Positions 25,790-38,300 of a stretch of 64,000 nt of DNA are shown in pieces; position 1 is the stretch's first letter; the number at the start of each line of letters is the position of its first letter. The stretch comes from Torpedo marmorata (taxonomy: Eukaryota). Below the pieces are notes generated by a model. The model had not been told where the DNA came from. It searched no databases and worked only from the letters and a program-made list of their open reading frames with translations. The DNA lies in contig OZ360223.1 in assembly GCA_977017645.1 (NCBI GenBank), positions 209,374,001-209,438,000 of the forward strand. The letters run 5' to 3'. The position numbers were made by a program, and so were the translations under genes.

Positions 25790-25849
25790 TTCTTGTGAAC
25801 CTTCGTATCAGGGAACAGTTGCAAATGAACTGGCAGCAAATTTGCCTGT

Positions 25850-26500
25850 GCTCTTCCCCCTGCCCCTTCTTTCCTCCTCTCCTTCACCCCTCCCCCCCCC
25901 ACCACACCCCCCCCAACCCCTGCTCACCTTTTGATTTAGGCACCTGCCTGCTTTTTGCTCATTTCTTTTTTCTTTTTTTTGAAAATTGTAGAAAACTTTA
26001 TTTCGTAGAAAATGGCAATGAAACATTTGCTTTAAAATAGGACTGTTTGTAACTGTTTCTCTAACTTATCCCACAGATAAATCTATGGAAAAGACAAGCT
26101 TATGCATATCAAAGTCATTAAAAAAAAACACTCAGAAGAACAATTAAAGACCAGAAATTTACTGGTCTCATCAAGTTATTTTAATATTAGCTTGTTAAAG
26201 TTTACTGTAATCTTGTTTTTGCATTAAATGTCTGCTCACTTTCCTCCCAAAGTTATTTGATGCTAGAAATTTGTAATAATTTTTATCCCCAAGCAGAAAT
26301 CCAAAGTTTCACGTTTTATGCAGAAAGATAAATTATTCCTTTTCAAAGGAGTAATCTTTCTTCTTGTAAATGTTTGTATCTGTTGGGTTTTTGCTCATTT
26401 CTTGACGAAGGACTTAGGCCCGAAACGTTGGTTACCCTTTATTTCCTATATATGCTGCATGACCTGCTGAGACTCTCCAGCACTTTTGTGTATTGCTATA
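25850..26500 (+). mobile_element. Penelope-like 3' tail split by a retro-insertion
   Basis: Pyrimidine tract plus cacctgcctgcttttt (25850-25967) resumes at 26388 with cttgacgaagg..ggcccgaaacgttgg..gacctgctgagactctccagcac. Confidence 0.75.
25968..26387 (-). pseudogene. Retrocopied polyadenylated RNA 3' fragment, source unknown
   Basis: 16-bp TSD TTTTTGCTCATTTCTT (25952-25967, 26388-26403); minus-strand A-tail (25968-25980) and AATAAA (25997-26002). Confidence 0.75.
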
Positions 26501-26689
26501 CATTGTATCAGCTGGACCAATGCAAAAGAAATTTTGGAATCGCACATCAAGCACCTTAAATGTAGTTGGCCCACTTTGTCTTTGACCAGTTTCTTCTCTT
26601 CCTAGTTGTGACAAATAATGGCACAAATTCCTATTTAGGATTATCTTTCCCATCATACCTACAAACTCTGTGGTAAGAGCAGGCCTCAC

Positions 26690-26808
26690 CTGGAAAAGCA
26701 ACAGAAAATATCCAGCCTTTTGTCTTCCCGTCGATGAAGGTCCAAGCTTAAGATGGCCGGAAAAATGAGGAGCACCATGGCAAAATTAAATACCACAACT
26801 ATTGCAGC
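26690..26808 (-). CDS. PTCH2: Patched 2 coding exon (exon 13 homolog, 119 bp)
   Basis: [39 protein letters not shown]; cacag acceptor, gtgag donor. Confidence 0.95.
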
Positions 26809-27517
26809 CTGTGAGGGATAAGGAATGGAGATATTAATAATATTCTGATATAATTGCCTAGATTTTAAAATCTGCAGAATTATAGCTTTGAAAAAGTCAT
26901 GAAAGCTAGTGGGATGAGGGAAATGGCTTTCATTACCGATAAAGTCAACAGCCCAACATGAACCCTTCTTTCTCTGCCATGGAGGAGAGGTACCTCGATA
27001 CAATATCTGTCACTCTTTCTCTATTTTAAACTTTCCATATATGGTCCTATAGTATCAAATGCATTTGTTGCTGATTGCTTGCTGCATCCTTGCTTTGTTT
27101 ATTAACTCCTGTGCAGTTTTGTCTGTCTGCTTACCAGTTAAGAGTGTCCCTTTAAGATTCAAAAGAAACACAGATGAAAACCTTTAGCTTCACTGTAGGC
27201 CCCAGGCCTCGGGCAAAGTATTCAAAGAACAGCAGTTTCTGATTTCTAACCAAGATATTTCTAGCTTTAAGTGAGTTGTACGACAACCCATTTCCAGACC
27301 TCACCAAAGCCTTGCATTTAGCCAAAGAAAATATTAAATCACTGAAGGATTTGAAGCAAGAACCACCCCCCAGCCTAAAACATGCCCCCCTCTACCCCCT
27401 CCTCCACGTAAACATTAAAGTGAAAGAGACTTCTAAGGTCACAGCAGTCTGATGTAAGTGAATAAAGAGAGAGTGAGGTTGCCCAAGGCAGACATTATAA
27501 TACATTATTATCTCCTG

Positions 27518-27526
27518 GACCACCCA
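27518..27526 (+). promoter_or_regulatory. Consensus GLI-binding motif GACCACCCA (intron 12)
   Basis: Exact consensus in non-repeat sequence; function untested. Confidence 0.4.
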
Positions 27527-28187
27527 GTAAGCTCAGGCAGATCACATTGCTGGAGCTGACATGTAGATGATATATCCCATCATTTATGCCAACGACATTG
27601 GCTGTGCAAATTGAAGGCCTGCTTGCAGGCTGGTCTAGTGTTCATCCCTGTCAGGTTCATGCTGCTTAAAGCTCTTTGTACTGTTTTCAGCGACTCCAGG
27701 CTTTGCCAAGTACAGTAGGCCGAAGGGAGTTTTCAGCAGATCACCATTTAGCATGAGAATAAAGAGAGCACAGGACAGGAAAACAATCACTGTTCAGTGG
27801 AAATAATGAACACATGATATCTTCCTTAGCCCTTACTCTCTGGACTGGGTTGCAGTTTTCATGTACTGGACCCTCCTACTTTATGCCTGATATCCCACTC
27901 CCTGTGCAGCCCCTCAACATGTCCACAAAGAAAAATAAATGAATAGTAATTAAATTCTAGTAAAAATTCCAGAAAGGTGTGTTTGGGTATGGAACAATTT
28001 ATTTGGAGAATGATAGACAGCAAAGGGAATGATTTTCCAACTCTCTAAAAATACATTTAGACTGAACTTAAAATGCATACTAGAAATGTTTTGTATCCCT
28101 CCAATATGTAGTTATCCTGACAACAAAGCCCACCCCCCCCCCACCCACAAATAAAATTCAACTTTTTGTAAACATGCATTGTGGCAT

Positions 28188-29031
28188 AATGGCGGCGCTG
28201 CCGGAGCCGCTGTAGCGGCAGCGCTTCCGCTGGTGCAGACCCGCGGGGAGCGAGGGAGCGGAGATACAGCGCTCCCGCGGGGTCCAGCCGCCCAGTCGAC
28301 TGCTGTCGGTTCCGCACGGGCTTTGAACGGCCCGTTAAAGGAGGCGATGGTGGTTTTATTTAAGATCCCGCGACCACGGGGTCTGCGCACAAGATGGCAG
28401 CGCCTTTTAACCGGCAGCAGCCACGAGGGGCTGCAGATTCCGGGGAAGCGGAGGACTGGAGCAGGGCACCAGAGGATGGGAAGATCACCCCCCGTCTGAG
28501 AAGGAGAAGCAGAGGAGACGACCCACGGGATGGTGACCATGGCGGCGGACCGGTGAGGGGCTCTGAGGCTGAAGGACCAGTGCACGCGGCGGGCTGCTGG
28601 CGACTCGAGGCGAGGAACCCGCGGAGGCTGTGGGCTGCTGGAGACTGCTGTCGGGGTACTCACACCGGGCTGCGGACTGCTGGAGGCTGGCTCTAACTGG
28701 CTGGAGGAGTACCAGGTATCGGAACCGGGATGCAAGGGGATGCCGAGGGCGACCTGACCGTGTCGGAGGTTCGGATCTGGAGCTCGGGTTGCCGATCGTT
28801 TGGACTGGACTCTGTGTGGCTGCGGAAGCGCTGGAGGCGAATCTATGGACACTCGATGACTCTGGGGGGATTCTCTTTTGCTTCTCTTTCTCTGACTGTA
28901 AGGAATGTAAGAAGCGCTTAGGCAATTTCTGCCGGTGGCGAATCTGTCTGCCTTGCAGCAGGCAAAAAGAAATTTCATGGAATATGACACTGTCTTATTA
29001 CTATGACAATAAATTGAATCTTGAATCTTGA
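28188..29031 (+). mobile_element. Second full copy of the GC-rich non-autonomous retroelement
   Basis: Colinear with 9724-10584, with the same 5' aatggcggcg and the same 3' tail. Confidence 0.85.
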
Positions 29032-29633
29032 TTTGAATATCATTGTCACATCATTTGTGGATGAAGTGATGATTCTCTGGATAAATTTGAAATTTGTGTT
29101 GAGCTTAATTGGAATGGTGTAAGTCTGAGGACAGATTGACCTAAATGGGAGTGAGTCAATGGACAATTAATATGGCAAGTGCTTGGAAGCTCAAGGCCAC
29201 ATTTATGGACTTAATGGAGAGGTTCAACAGCACAATCACCCCAGTTTTTGTTCTGGTGCCCCACACACGTCTGGCCTCAATATCAAGATCACCAGTGCTC
29301 TGTTTCCTTGGATTTCAGGAGCTAAATATGTTTCTGTGTTAACTGTCAATTATTTCTCTCTGTCCCACTACCATCCCTTTTACCTTGTCATTTAATTGTT
29401 CCTGTTTCCACCCTACTATCATTTCTGCTCCTTCCAACCTCTTTTCTTCTTCCAAATTCTCAAATTCAAGCTCACAGATTAAAAACTACTTTTTGCTTCT
29501 CTCTCCATTACCAGGCCAACATAATCTCTTATGGATTCAGATTTGTAATATTTGCAGCATTTTACTTTTGTTTTAATGTCCTCACATGTCTGTAAATATA
29601 TCATTCAAATTGAACATCATTCATTTAACCTAA

Positions 29634-29880
29634 GGGGTGGCACGGTTAGCATAGCGGTTATCGCAACGCTGTTACAGTACCAGCGACCCAGGTTCAAACC
29701 CTACGCTGTCTGTAAGGAGTTTGTATGTTCTCCCCATGTCTGCATGAGGTTCCTCTGGGTGCTCTGGTTTCCTCCAAAAACGTACGGGGGTTGTAGATTA
29801 ATTGGTGTATTTGGGAGGCCCATGCTCGTGGGCCGGAGGGGCCTGTTACTGTGCTGTATGTCTAAATTTAAAATTTTAAA
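29634..29880 (+). mobile_element. V-SINE (HE1-like)
   Basis: Same family. Confidence 0.82.
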
Positions 29881-30619
29881 AATTAATGAGAAATATAATT
29901 TCAGTTGGTCTCCAACTTGCTCTTATTAATTGACCATTTCCATCATAGTCACTACTTTCCAAAAAAGCAGTGATATAACCACCTGGCATAAAGTTAACTT
30001 GCATTTCTTTACATTGGAAACAGGTTGTAACTGACTATCAGTAGTAGAAGGGTGTCCACTGGGTAGTCATTACCCTTCGCAGAAGTAGAATCATACGTTT
30101 TATAAGTGGGTGCAGCTCAAAAAGGGAAAAGCTGCATGTAAACTTTGGTTTCCATGATCACCTTTCAAGTGCACAAAATAGATTAAATGCAGATGACATC
30201 CTAAATCTTATGTTAAGCCAAGGGAGTCATGCAGTGATGGTCATCTTCCTATCCTTACAAAATGGCACTTTTTAATTTTAACTGCAGAAAGTTCTCATTG
30301 CAACCTCTTCAACACACCTAATGACAAGCTACTTTGTTGTTTAGCAGACAGTTAAGCCCCTCTGTGGCAGACATCTGCAGGTAAGCAACAGGGGTGGTGC
30401 AGGTAAATTCAAAGAAGCATGCAACACCTGGAGCAAAGGAATTTACAGCCCCTAATCCACCCTCATCCAATCTGCTCAGTCACCTCCCATGCCCCCCCGC
30501 CCTGCACCCGCCACTTCCCAACTTAGGTACACAAACATTTTGAAGATTTCTTTGAAAAGGCTCAAGCAATGTATTAAACACCTTATGCGTACTGTAACTG
30601 ATTTATACAATTCACTTAC

Positions 30620-30745
30620 CTGTAAGGAAAATGCACGAAGTGCAGGGATGGGAATAAGAGCAGCCATAGAGAAAGCAATCATGTTATTGATGGATGTGAG
30701 AGCAACACTGGTCCCAGTCCGTCTCAAACACTCGCCTGTTCTATC
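30620..30745 (-). CDS. PTCH2: Patched 2 coding exon (exon 12 homolog, 126 bp)
   Basis: [42 protein letters not shown]; taaag acceptor, gtaag donor. Confidence 0.95.
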
Positions 30746-31387
30746 CTTTAGTACAAAACAAAATAGTGAATAGCTATCGAAATGTTTCACATTATTAAGA
30801 TCAATTATACTTCTGGGAAAATTGAACAAAGCAAACACAGTTATCATTGCATATTGACTCAAACATGAAGTATATTTTTATAATTGGTCCCAAGCTTAAC
30901 CAAATCATGATTTCTGTTGAAAGCTTATCTACCTGGAATGTTAACTCTGCTTCTCTCTCCATCTGCTATTGTCTGAACTTCTATTTACATTATGGATTTT
31001 CAGTTTCCAGAAAAAAAAAATAGTATTTGCTGCTATTATGTTGGCTGTGAAATCCACCTCTAAGCCCAGTGTGAGCCACCTTATTTCACTCTGATTAAAC
31101 TTTTGATGGAAATACACAATGTGAACATTAACATTAAGATTACCCAGAAAGGCATGCATCAGAAATCGATGGTGCAAAGATTCCTGTCAGAGTAGCTTAA
31201 AAGGAGCTCTTGACCAAGAGGATTGTACCATGGGTTCCTAATTTTTCAACTAATTCAAACTTGTTGACATAGAAACATGCTCTATCAGCAGTGTGGAAAG
31301 TTTATAATGTTTCCCTGATTATTCCAGTATAGTAATTGGAAAGGAGTAAACATTGTATTTGAGTTTCATGTAAAGATTGATCTTTAC

Positions 31388-31486
31388 CTTGAAAGGAATG
31401 TTCTTATTTTGACCTGTCTCAGTGAATGCATGAGCCAGGAGAAACATGTCATCAACACCAATACCCAGCGCCAGAAATGGTAAGAC
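31388..31486 (-). CDS. PTCH2: Patched 2 coding exon (exon 11 homolog, 99 bp; GxxxDD motif)
   Basis: Read manually: [33 protein letters not shown], with the RND-family GxxxD motif; tctag acceptor, gtaaa donor. Confidence 0.96.
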
Positions 31487-31649
31487 CTAGATTCAGGAGA
31501 TGTGAAGAAATGATCAATATTTGAAATTTGTTATTACCATCAAGATATTATTGTTGCTATCAAAATGTGTTCTGCACATAAATAATTTCTACTTATTGAC
31601 AAAAGCAGTATTTCTTTTCCCTTCCCCAATTCCAATGAGAACTATTCAA

Positions 31650-32480
31650 TTGTGGGGAAGGGCCCTCTGCTCTGGATCCTGGACTTCATGTCTAACAGAC
31701 CACAATTAGTAAAGTTGGGAAGCAACACCTCCGTCACGATCAAACTCAGCACTGGCATTCCACAAGGATGTATGCTCAGAGTCCTAATAGACTCCCTCTA
31801 CACCACAACTGCAAAGTCAAATACAGCTCCAACTCCATCTTGAATTGCTAATAACACCACAGCCTTAGGCCAGATATTAAATAATGATGAGAGGGAATAC
31901 AGGAAGGAGATTGATGGCTAAATAACAACCTTTCTCTCAGTTTCAGCAAAGGAGCTGATCGTAGCCTTCAAGATGGAGGAAGGAGGTGGAACCCACGCCC
32001 GTGTTCAGAATCAATGTGTTGAAGTGGCCACAGTAGATAGATTCCAGTTCTTGGGAGTAAACAGTTCCAATGACCAACCATGTCAAGAAAGTGTACCATC
32101 GCTCTACTTTCTTGGAAGGCCACGGAAGTTCGGCATGTCCCCCATGTCCCTTAACAACTTTTACAGGTACACCATTGAAAGTATGCGAGCTGGGTGCATC
32201 ACAGTGTGCTACAGGAACAGCTCCGCCCCAGATCAGAAGCTGCAAAAGGTGATGAATGCAGCTCAGAACATCACACAAATCTCCCTCCCCTCCATCTACA
32301 CTTCCCACTGCCCTGGAAAGGACTCATCCCACCCTGACACCACTCCTTTCTCCCTCCTCCAGTCGGGGGAGGGAAGGTTCAAGATCATGACATCATGCAC
32401 CATCGGGTTGAATAACAGTTCCATCCATGCAGCCATCAGGCTCCAGAATGAACCTCACAGTAGTGATCTCATGCTGCCCT
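31650..32480 (+). mobile_element. Degraded Rex1-like LINE fragment
   Basis: WILDFMSNRPQLV..STGIPQGC and LYFL..RKFGMSP..NFYRYTIES..GCITV. Confidence 0.78.
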
Positions 32481-32559
32481 TACTAATTGATAATTTAACA
32501 GTAACATTACACCCTGTAATGTGCTCTTGCTCTTCTACTTTTCACCTTTATATGCAAGT

Positions 32560-33246
32560 GACAATTGAGTTCTTGGGAGTCACTATATTGGGAGGAGCTT
32601 TCCTGGACATTAATGATTAATGGCATCATGAAGAAAACACGTCAGCACCACAACTTCCTCAGGAGCTTGCGGAGGTTCGGTATGACATCAGAAACCCTGG
32701 CAAATTTCGACAGATGTGTGGTGGAAAGTGTGCTGACTGGTATAGGGACACCAATAACCCTGAGCATAAAGCCCTGCAAAAGGTAGTGGATACAGCCCAG
32801 GACATCACAGGCAAAACCCTCCCCACCATCGAGATCATCAACAGGGAACACTGCCATCGGAGAGCATCAGCAATCACCAAGAACCCACACCACCCAGCAC
32901 ACGCGCTGTTCTCGCTGCTACCATCAGGAAAGAGGTATAGGTGCCGCAAGGCTCACACCATCAGGTTTAGGAACAGCTGCTACCCCTCCACCATCAGACT
33001 CCTCAACAACAAACTCATTTAAGGATTCTTACTTTTGCACTTGATTGATATTTTTTTCTCTCTGTATTGCACAGTTGTTTACATTTCTTTATTTGTTTAC
33101 ATATATATGTATCTTCTTGAGTACAGTTTTTTGCACTACCAATAAGTGGTAATTCTGCCTCGCCCGCAAGAAAAGGAATCTCAGGGTTGTATGTGATGTC
33201 ATGCATGTACTCTGACAATAAATCTGAAATCTAAATCTGAAATCTG
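32560..33246 (+). mobile_element. Rex1-like LINE 3' fragment with intact tail
   Basis: FLRSLRRFGM..LQKVVDTAQDITG..HPAHALFSLLPSGKRY; ends tgacaataaa followed by tctgaaa-type repeats. Confidence 0.82.
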
Positions 33247-33249
33247 AGT

Positions 33250-33450
33250 TTTTTTAAAAATTTAGACATACAGACCTGTAACAGGCCAATTCGGCCCTAT
33301 GAGTCCGTGCCGCCCATTTTACACCCAATGTACCTACACCCCGGTACATTTTTGAAGGGCGGGAGGAAACCGGAGCCCCCGGAGAAAACCCACGCAGACA
33401 TGGGGAGAACGTACAAACTCCTTACAGACAGCGCGGGATACGAACCCAGG
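33250..33450 (-). mobile_element. V-SINE (HE1-like), 5'-truncated
   Basis: Same family; tail-to-tail with the Rex1-like fragment. Confidence 0.82.
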
Positions 33451-33551
33451 TCATTAAACAAACCCTTCTCATTACACCAGGTATAATGTGACCATAACCT
33501 TGAAACAAAATGATTTGCGAGAAACAGGAACTTGAGACAAGAATTATTTAC

Positions 33552-33707
33552 CTGGGTAGTTGCAGCATTGAATGAAATGCCCAGAAGTGAACACAACCCC
33601 AGTCCTGAAGCTACTGACAATGCCACCAGCAGGACACCAGCTAGACCCACAGCCCCTTGGGATTTTGAGCAGTCCCACCTTAGCATGGTCACACAGGCAT
33701 ATGCCAA
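33552..33707 (-). CDS. PTCH2: Patched 2 coding exon (exon 10 homolog, 156 bp; sterol-sensing domain)
   Basis: [52 protein letters not shown]; attag acceptor, gtaaa donor. Confidence 0.96.
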
Positions 33708-34149
33708 CTAATGGGAGAGAAAAAAATACATTAAAAGGCAATAATACAGCAGAAATAGAAAATGCAAATACTGAAAATATTCAGCAGATGTCAATGTTTC
33801 AGTTAAGCATCAGCATTACAGATGACTACATGTCAAAGGAATTTCATTGGCTGTGGTACACTGTGGGATGTCGAGATAGTGAAATCTGTTTTATTAATGT
33901 AAGTTCTACTTTTCAGAGTCACTGGAGTTAAAATTCTATGGTACCATATTGTTTCAATTCAAATCAGGGTGATTCATTGGTAATGTTCTTCCATTTATCA
34001 TTCATGATTTCTTTGATCATTGTTGGAAGAAAATATCTTGCTTAACTCAAGTTGTCATCACCACCATGTAGTAGCAAGTTCACTGACAAGATCTTCATCT
34101 CTTGATCAGTAGGTCCTGAACACTTAAGGACATGAACAAGTAACCTAAC

Positions 34150-34420
34150 CATGTAATTTAATGCAGTACTGAGGAAATGTTGCACAGTTGGTTCCTTGGA
34201 TAATATGTTAAATCAAGGCCCTGACCACTCATAACTAAGGCCTGCATCCATCTCTCAACTAACACCATATAAGCAGATGAACTGATTAATTAAAGTACCG
34301 TAGTTGCTGTTTATGGTACCTGGAGACTGCCTGCAATATTTACACTCACACATCACTGTGCAGACATTGAAGTCACTGGGGAAGTTTTGAGGACGTGAAA
34401 GATGGTTGGTTAATGCAACT
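34150..34420 (+). mobile_element. Ancient Deu-domain SINE remnant (SacSINE1/AmnSINE1-like)
   Basis: gcagtactgagg..tgcacag..tgttaaatcaaggccc and ttttgaggacgtgaaag..taatgcaa resemble the recalled Deu-SINE consensus. Similar remnants near 3810-3930 (-) and 45780-45870 (+). Confidence 0.5.
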
Positions 34421-35210
34421 GACTTACTGCTTTAAAATTATGCCTTTAAAACTGAATAGATGCACACAAAATACAAAGAGGCCAATTTCCCATTGAAAAA
34501 AAAAGTGGATTAATGCGAAGAGGTTAATTGGATCAATGCACTGTTTTGGGGTCTGATATTTTAAGGTCAGAAAAGACCAGAGTGTGCTATTATCTAATAC
34601 TTTAACGTACATTATTATTTAACTAAAGTGCCAAATATATGCATAGTGTGTCCTCTGGAGCACCAACTGAGGGGCCTGGAGATGTAAGAATGATGCACAA
34701 CAGTGCTATCACTGGCAGCATAATATCATTACACCATGACTCCATTATAAAAGCCAGATTCCATTATAAATACAGAGATTGCAAATTACAGAAAAACAGT
34801 TACAAAATGCTGAAGCTGGAAAAAAGATCAGAGTGCATTTTAAACATGTAACCAATCTGATTGTTCAGATGATATAAGGATTTCTTCAGAACTTCCCTCT
34901 GCCTTGCAATTCATTTAATATATGTAAGACATCCCATATACACAAACCTGATTACTGTCATCAATCTGAGCTGAACTTAAACATGGGTTATAGAATTTAA
35001 ATCAAAGTCAGCACAAAACTTGAAGCCTGGTGCCCATATATTTCACAGATCAACTGTCATCCTCTTAAATGGTATTAGAATAGGTTCCTAGTGTTAAATC
35101 GCCTACTCTTGTTCCTGTGTTTGTATTTCTTTCCTTATGATTCTGCATTGCGAGGCAACCTAAGATGATGTTAACATGAAATGGAGATCTAAAGGTAAAA
35201 ATATGCCTAC

Positions 35211-35342
35211 CATTAGCAAATACCCTCCAGCGACTCGGATGGCACTGACATCAGAAAAAGACTTCATGATGTCATTGAAGGTGGTGGTGGAAAAGGCATG
35301 GATATTTTGCGTTGAGTTCTGAGGCAGGGTCTGTTGAGCCAC
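35211..35342 (-). CDS. PTCH2: Patched 2 coding exon (exon 9 homolog, 132 bp)
   Basis: [44 protein letters not shown]; tgtag acceptor, gtagg donor. Confidence 0.95.
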
Positions 35343-38300
35343 CTACAACCAGAAGTACAAAGTTCAAAGTTCAGATTTATTGTCAGAGTATGTACATGAC
35401 ATCACATACAACCCTGAGATTCTTTTCCCGGAGATAGGTAAAAACATCAATATTACTAGCCCATGGAAATATACATTCAAACATGTGAAACAAATATTTT
35501 AAGGTATTCATTTGATGGTGTAGCAAATCCTCTAAAATTCTAAGTGGAAATTGCTCACGTTTCTCTGGTAAAAAGAGAAGCAAACAGTTTTGGATCTGCT
35601 TTCTGCCCTGTGTTGAGTTGGTTGATCCCCAAACCAGAGAACTAGTTGATATGTTACAATTAATCTCAAGGTTCTTGATTTGAAAAAAATCACCCACTAT
35701 TCACCAAAAATGACCCACTATAGTCTCAGGCTGAACAATAGTTATGGACAAATGCTTGCAGTATTTTCCCACAAGGGAGACTGCAAATATTCTTTCACTT
35801 TTGTGTCTTGAGGATCCAAAGACTCTTGGTGACATCCAAATTATTGTCTTGGCTGACATTGATGGCTCAAAGCAAATCATGGATCAAATTACTCTGAGTG
35901 GCCTAATAACCCACTAGGCATGGTCAGTAAAATATCAAGGAAACTAATATTTATTCTTTAAGGGTACAAATGATGCCTCTTGGCTTTAATATCACTAAAG
36001 TGTGAAAAAGTGGCAACTCTAAACCATATGGCCAAACAACAATTATTTTAAAGGATTTATCATGACTTGGTTTCTTATCCATGATGTTATCAAGAATATG
36101 ATGTTGTAGTCATGGCACTTTCACTCTTCAGATGCAATTTGTCACCAAACCACAGATGAGTTTATATTTATATTTTAAAATATATTATTTATGTAATGTT
36201 TTAAAAAATAGAACCTGCTACTAGATACTGTTGAGGGTAAATATATACAATTCCATCCGTTAAATAGCCCAAGTTGAGATTGGCCTGGAAAACCATGGTA
36301 GGTTATTTGGTCCACTGCCTTAGGTATTTGGAGGCTGAAATTTAACAGAAGTGTCCTCCCCAGGTCAATCTGCAAGAGTCACTTCCAATAGCTTGGTGCA
36401 AAGTCCTGAAGAGATGAACAATACAGTAAGCCATGTGGCAGTAAGGCAGATAGGAATAAGGATAATACAACCAGGAGTTGAATTCTTCACCAAACAGGAT
36501 ACACACATGTTTGCTGCAGGTTTAAAGGAACATGGAAATCAGAACAATTGAATGGAGGACTGACTGTTAATTAGTTCTAAAACTCTGTAGGTGTTCTCAA
36601 TCAATTTGTGCAAAAAAAGCCTTAACAGTTTAATACAATTTGAATATAAATCTAGAATAATTAAATAAAAACATCAGAGAATTCTAATTCCCTGGAGCTT
36701 CCTCTGGTTTTGTATCTTATCAAAAAGAGTTAAAATAAACATCGAAGCCATTCGATTTATTTGACAGGGTTTATCCAAATGCAAATTTGACAATCCCGGA
36801 CAAGAAAAGATTGTTTCTTCTTTTTCTGGTGGTGCTCCTTTTAACAAGTAAAAATACATTATTTTGATTCCTGACAGCTTAGAGTAATGGCTGCAGATGC
36901 CAAAGATCATTATGGTCAAAGGTCAGGCAAGATCACATGGCCTCTGGAGCGCAGCAACGTTCCCATCATTCACCACCTAAGCTGCCACAGCTAAAGGGAC
37001 TGCAACCTTGGGAATCGGTGAAACATCTTCCACATTTGTTATTCACCCCCAACACAACCCAATTCCCTTTCCAGGCAGGCTTTTCATAGGCCTCGGGTCT
37101 TCTTGCAATCAGCATCTGGGTGTCAGTTATCACCAAACAGCTTGTTCCCATAACTCTCCATCTGTCAGGAGCCCAGAATCTGACTCCTTGTACAATACAG
37201 CTGCAGACTGATGGAAATCAGCCTGATGAGTAATTCCAGCATTTACAGAAACAATTCTCCCTCACACACTGTAATGAATCCAATTGAAAATAAAGAGAAA
37301 AGTGTGCTTGTTTTCTTTATTGGTGAAAAAAAACCCTTGAAGTATTTTCCCATAGAAATAAATCCCCTAAGTTCACTTGGAGGCATTTAATAAACGGAAC
37401 CAAATTGTTTGCACAATCTTATGCACTCGGTGGAAACACCTATTTTCCTAAGTGTGCTGAGCACAGTGCAACTAATAATTAAGGTCATCCCCTGGTGATC
37501 CAATGTGACTCTGATATAAATGACAAGGCCTCTAGTTTGTCTCGTTTTATGCTGATAAAAACCCACCTATTAAAAATAACCTCAAAAAGATCTAAAATTT
37601 GCTAAGGAGTTAATAGTTTAAACCTCTGTCTGGCACTTATACAACTACCATTTATAATTTCTTTCATTTTCTCATTTTTGGAGAATTTCCACTTAAAAAG
37701 ACACTCTTGTGACTGAATATGGATCAAGCAGCCCAGTTCTTGCTGTTTGCTAAGCCTTGAAATAAACTTCTTTTGTCAAACTTTTGTTCATCATTGCATG
37801 CAAATAATTTTTTATGGAAAAAATCCGTCCAGCATGGCTCCAAAAGACACGTCATTTTCTTCAGCCATCCAATCTACAGCAGATCTTTTGATCCTCCTGC
37901 AACTCCTCTCCATTCCACTGATTCAATATAACTACTCTGTCTCTAAATATGTCTCCTCAACAAACATCTTCTTGATATCTTTGTCTTCAAGATGTTTTTA
38001 AATTGCCTCTATGTATAAGGCCGGCAGCAGTTTTTCCATCAAAGATCCTCAGAGGTCCAGCACCCACACTTGACAGCCCAGACCATGAGGGTTGCAGGTT
38101 CTGGGGAAGCAGCAGATCGTCTCCAGGCATCAGACCAGGAGGACTCCTCCCCCTCACTTCACTGAGAAGGATATGCCTGGGAGAGGACACTGTAGGTTAA
38201 GAAACCACAGTAGTGAACCACTGCGGGGTCCTGCAACTGAAGACCTCACACAAGGCCGTGGGCTACTGGCGAATGGCTTCTGGGAACTAGGTATTGGGAC

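Noticed and set aside
28112-28990. 292-aa minus-strand ORF, with related ORFs at 9594-10543
   Set aside because: Antisense to the GC-rich repeat, low-complexity P/S/A/R, and the frame is not preserved in the sister copy.
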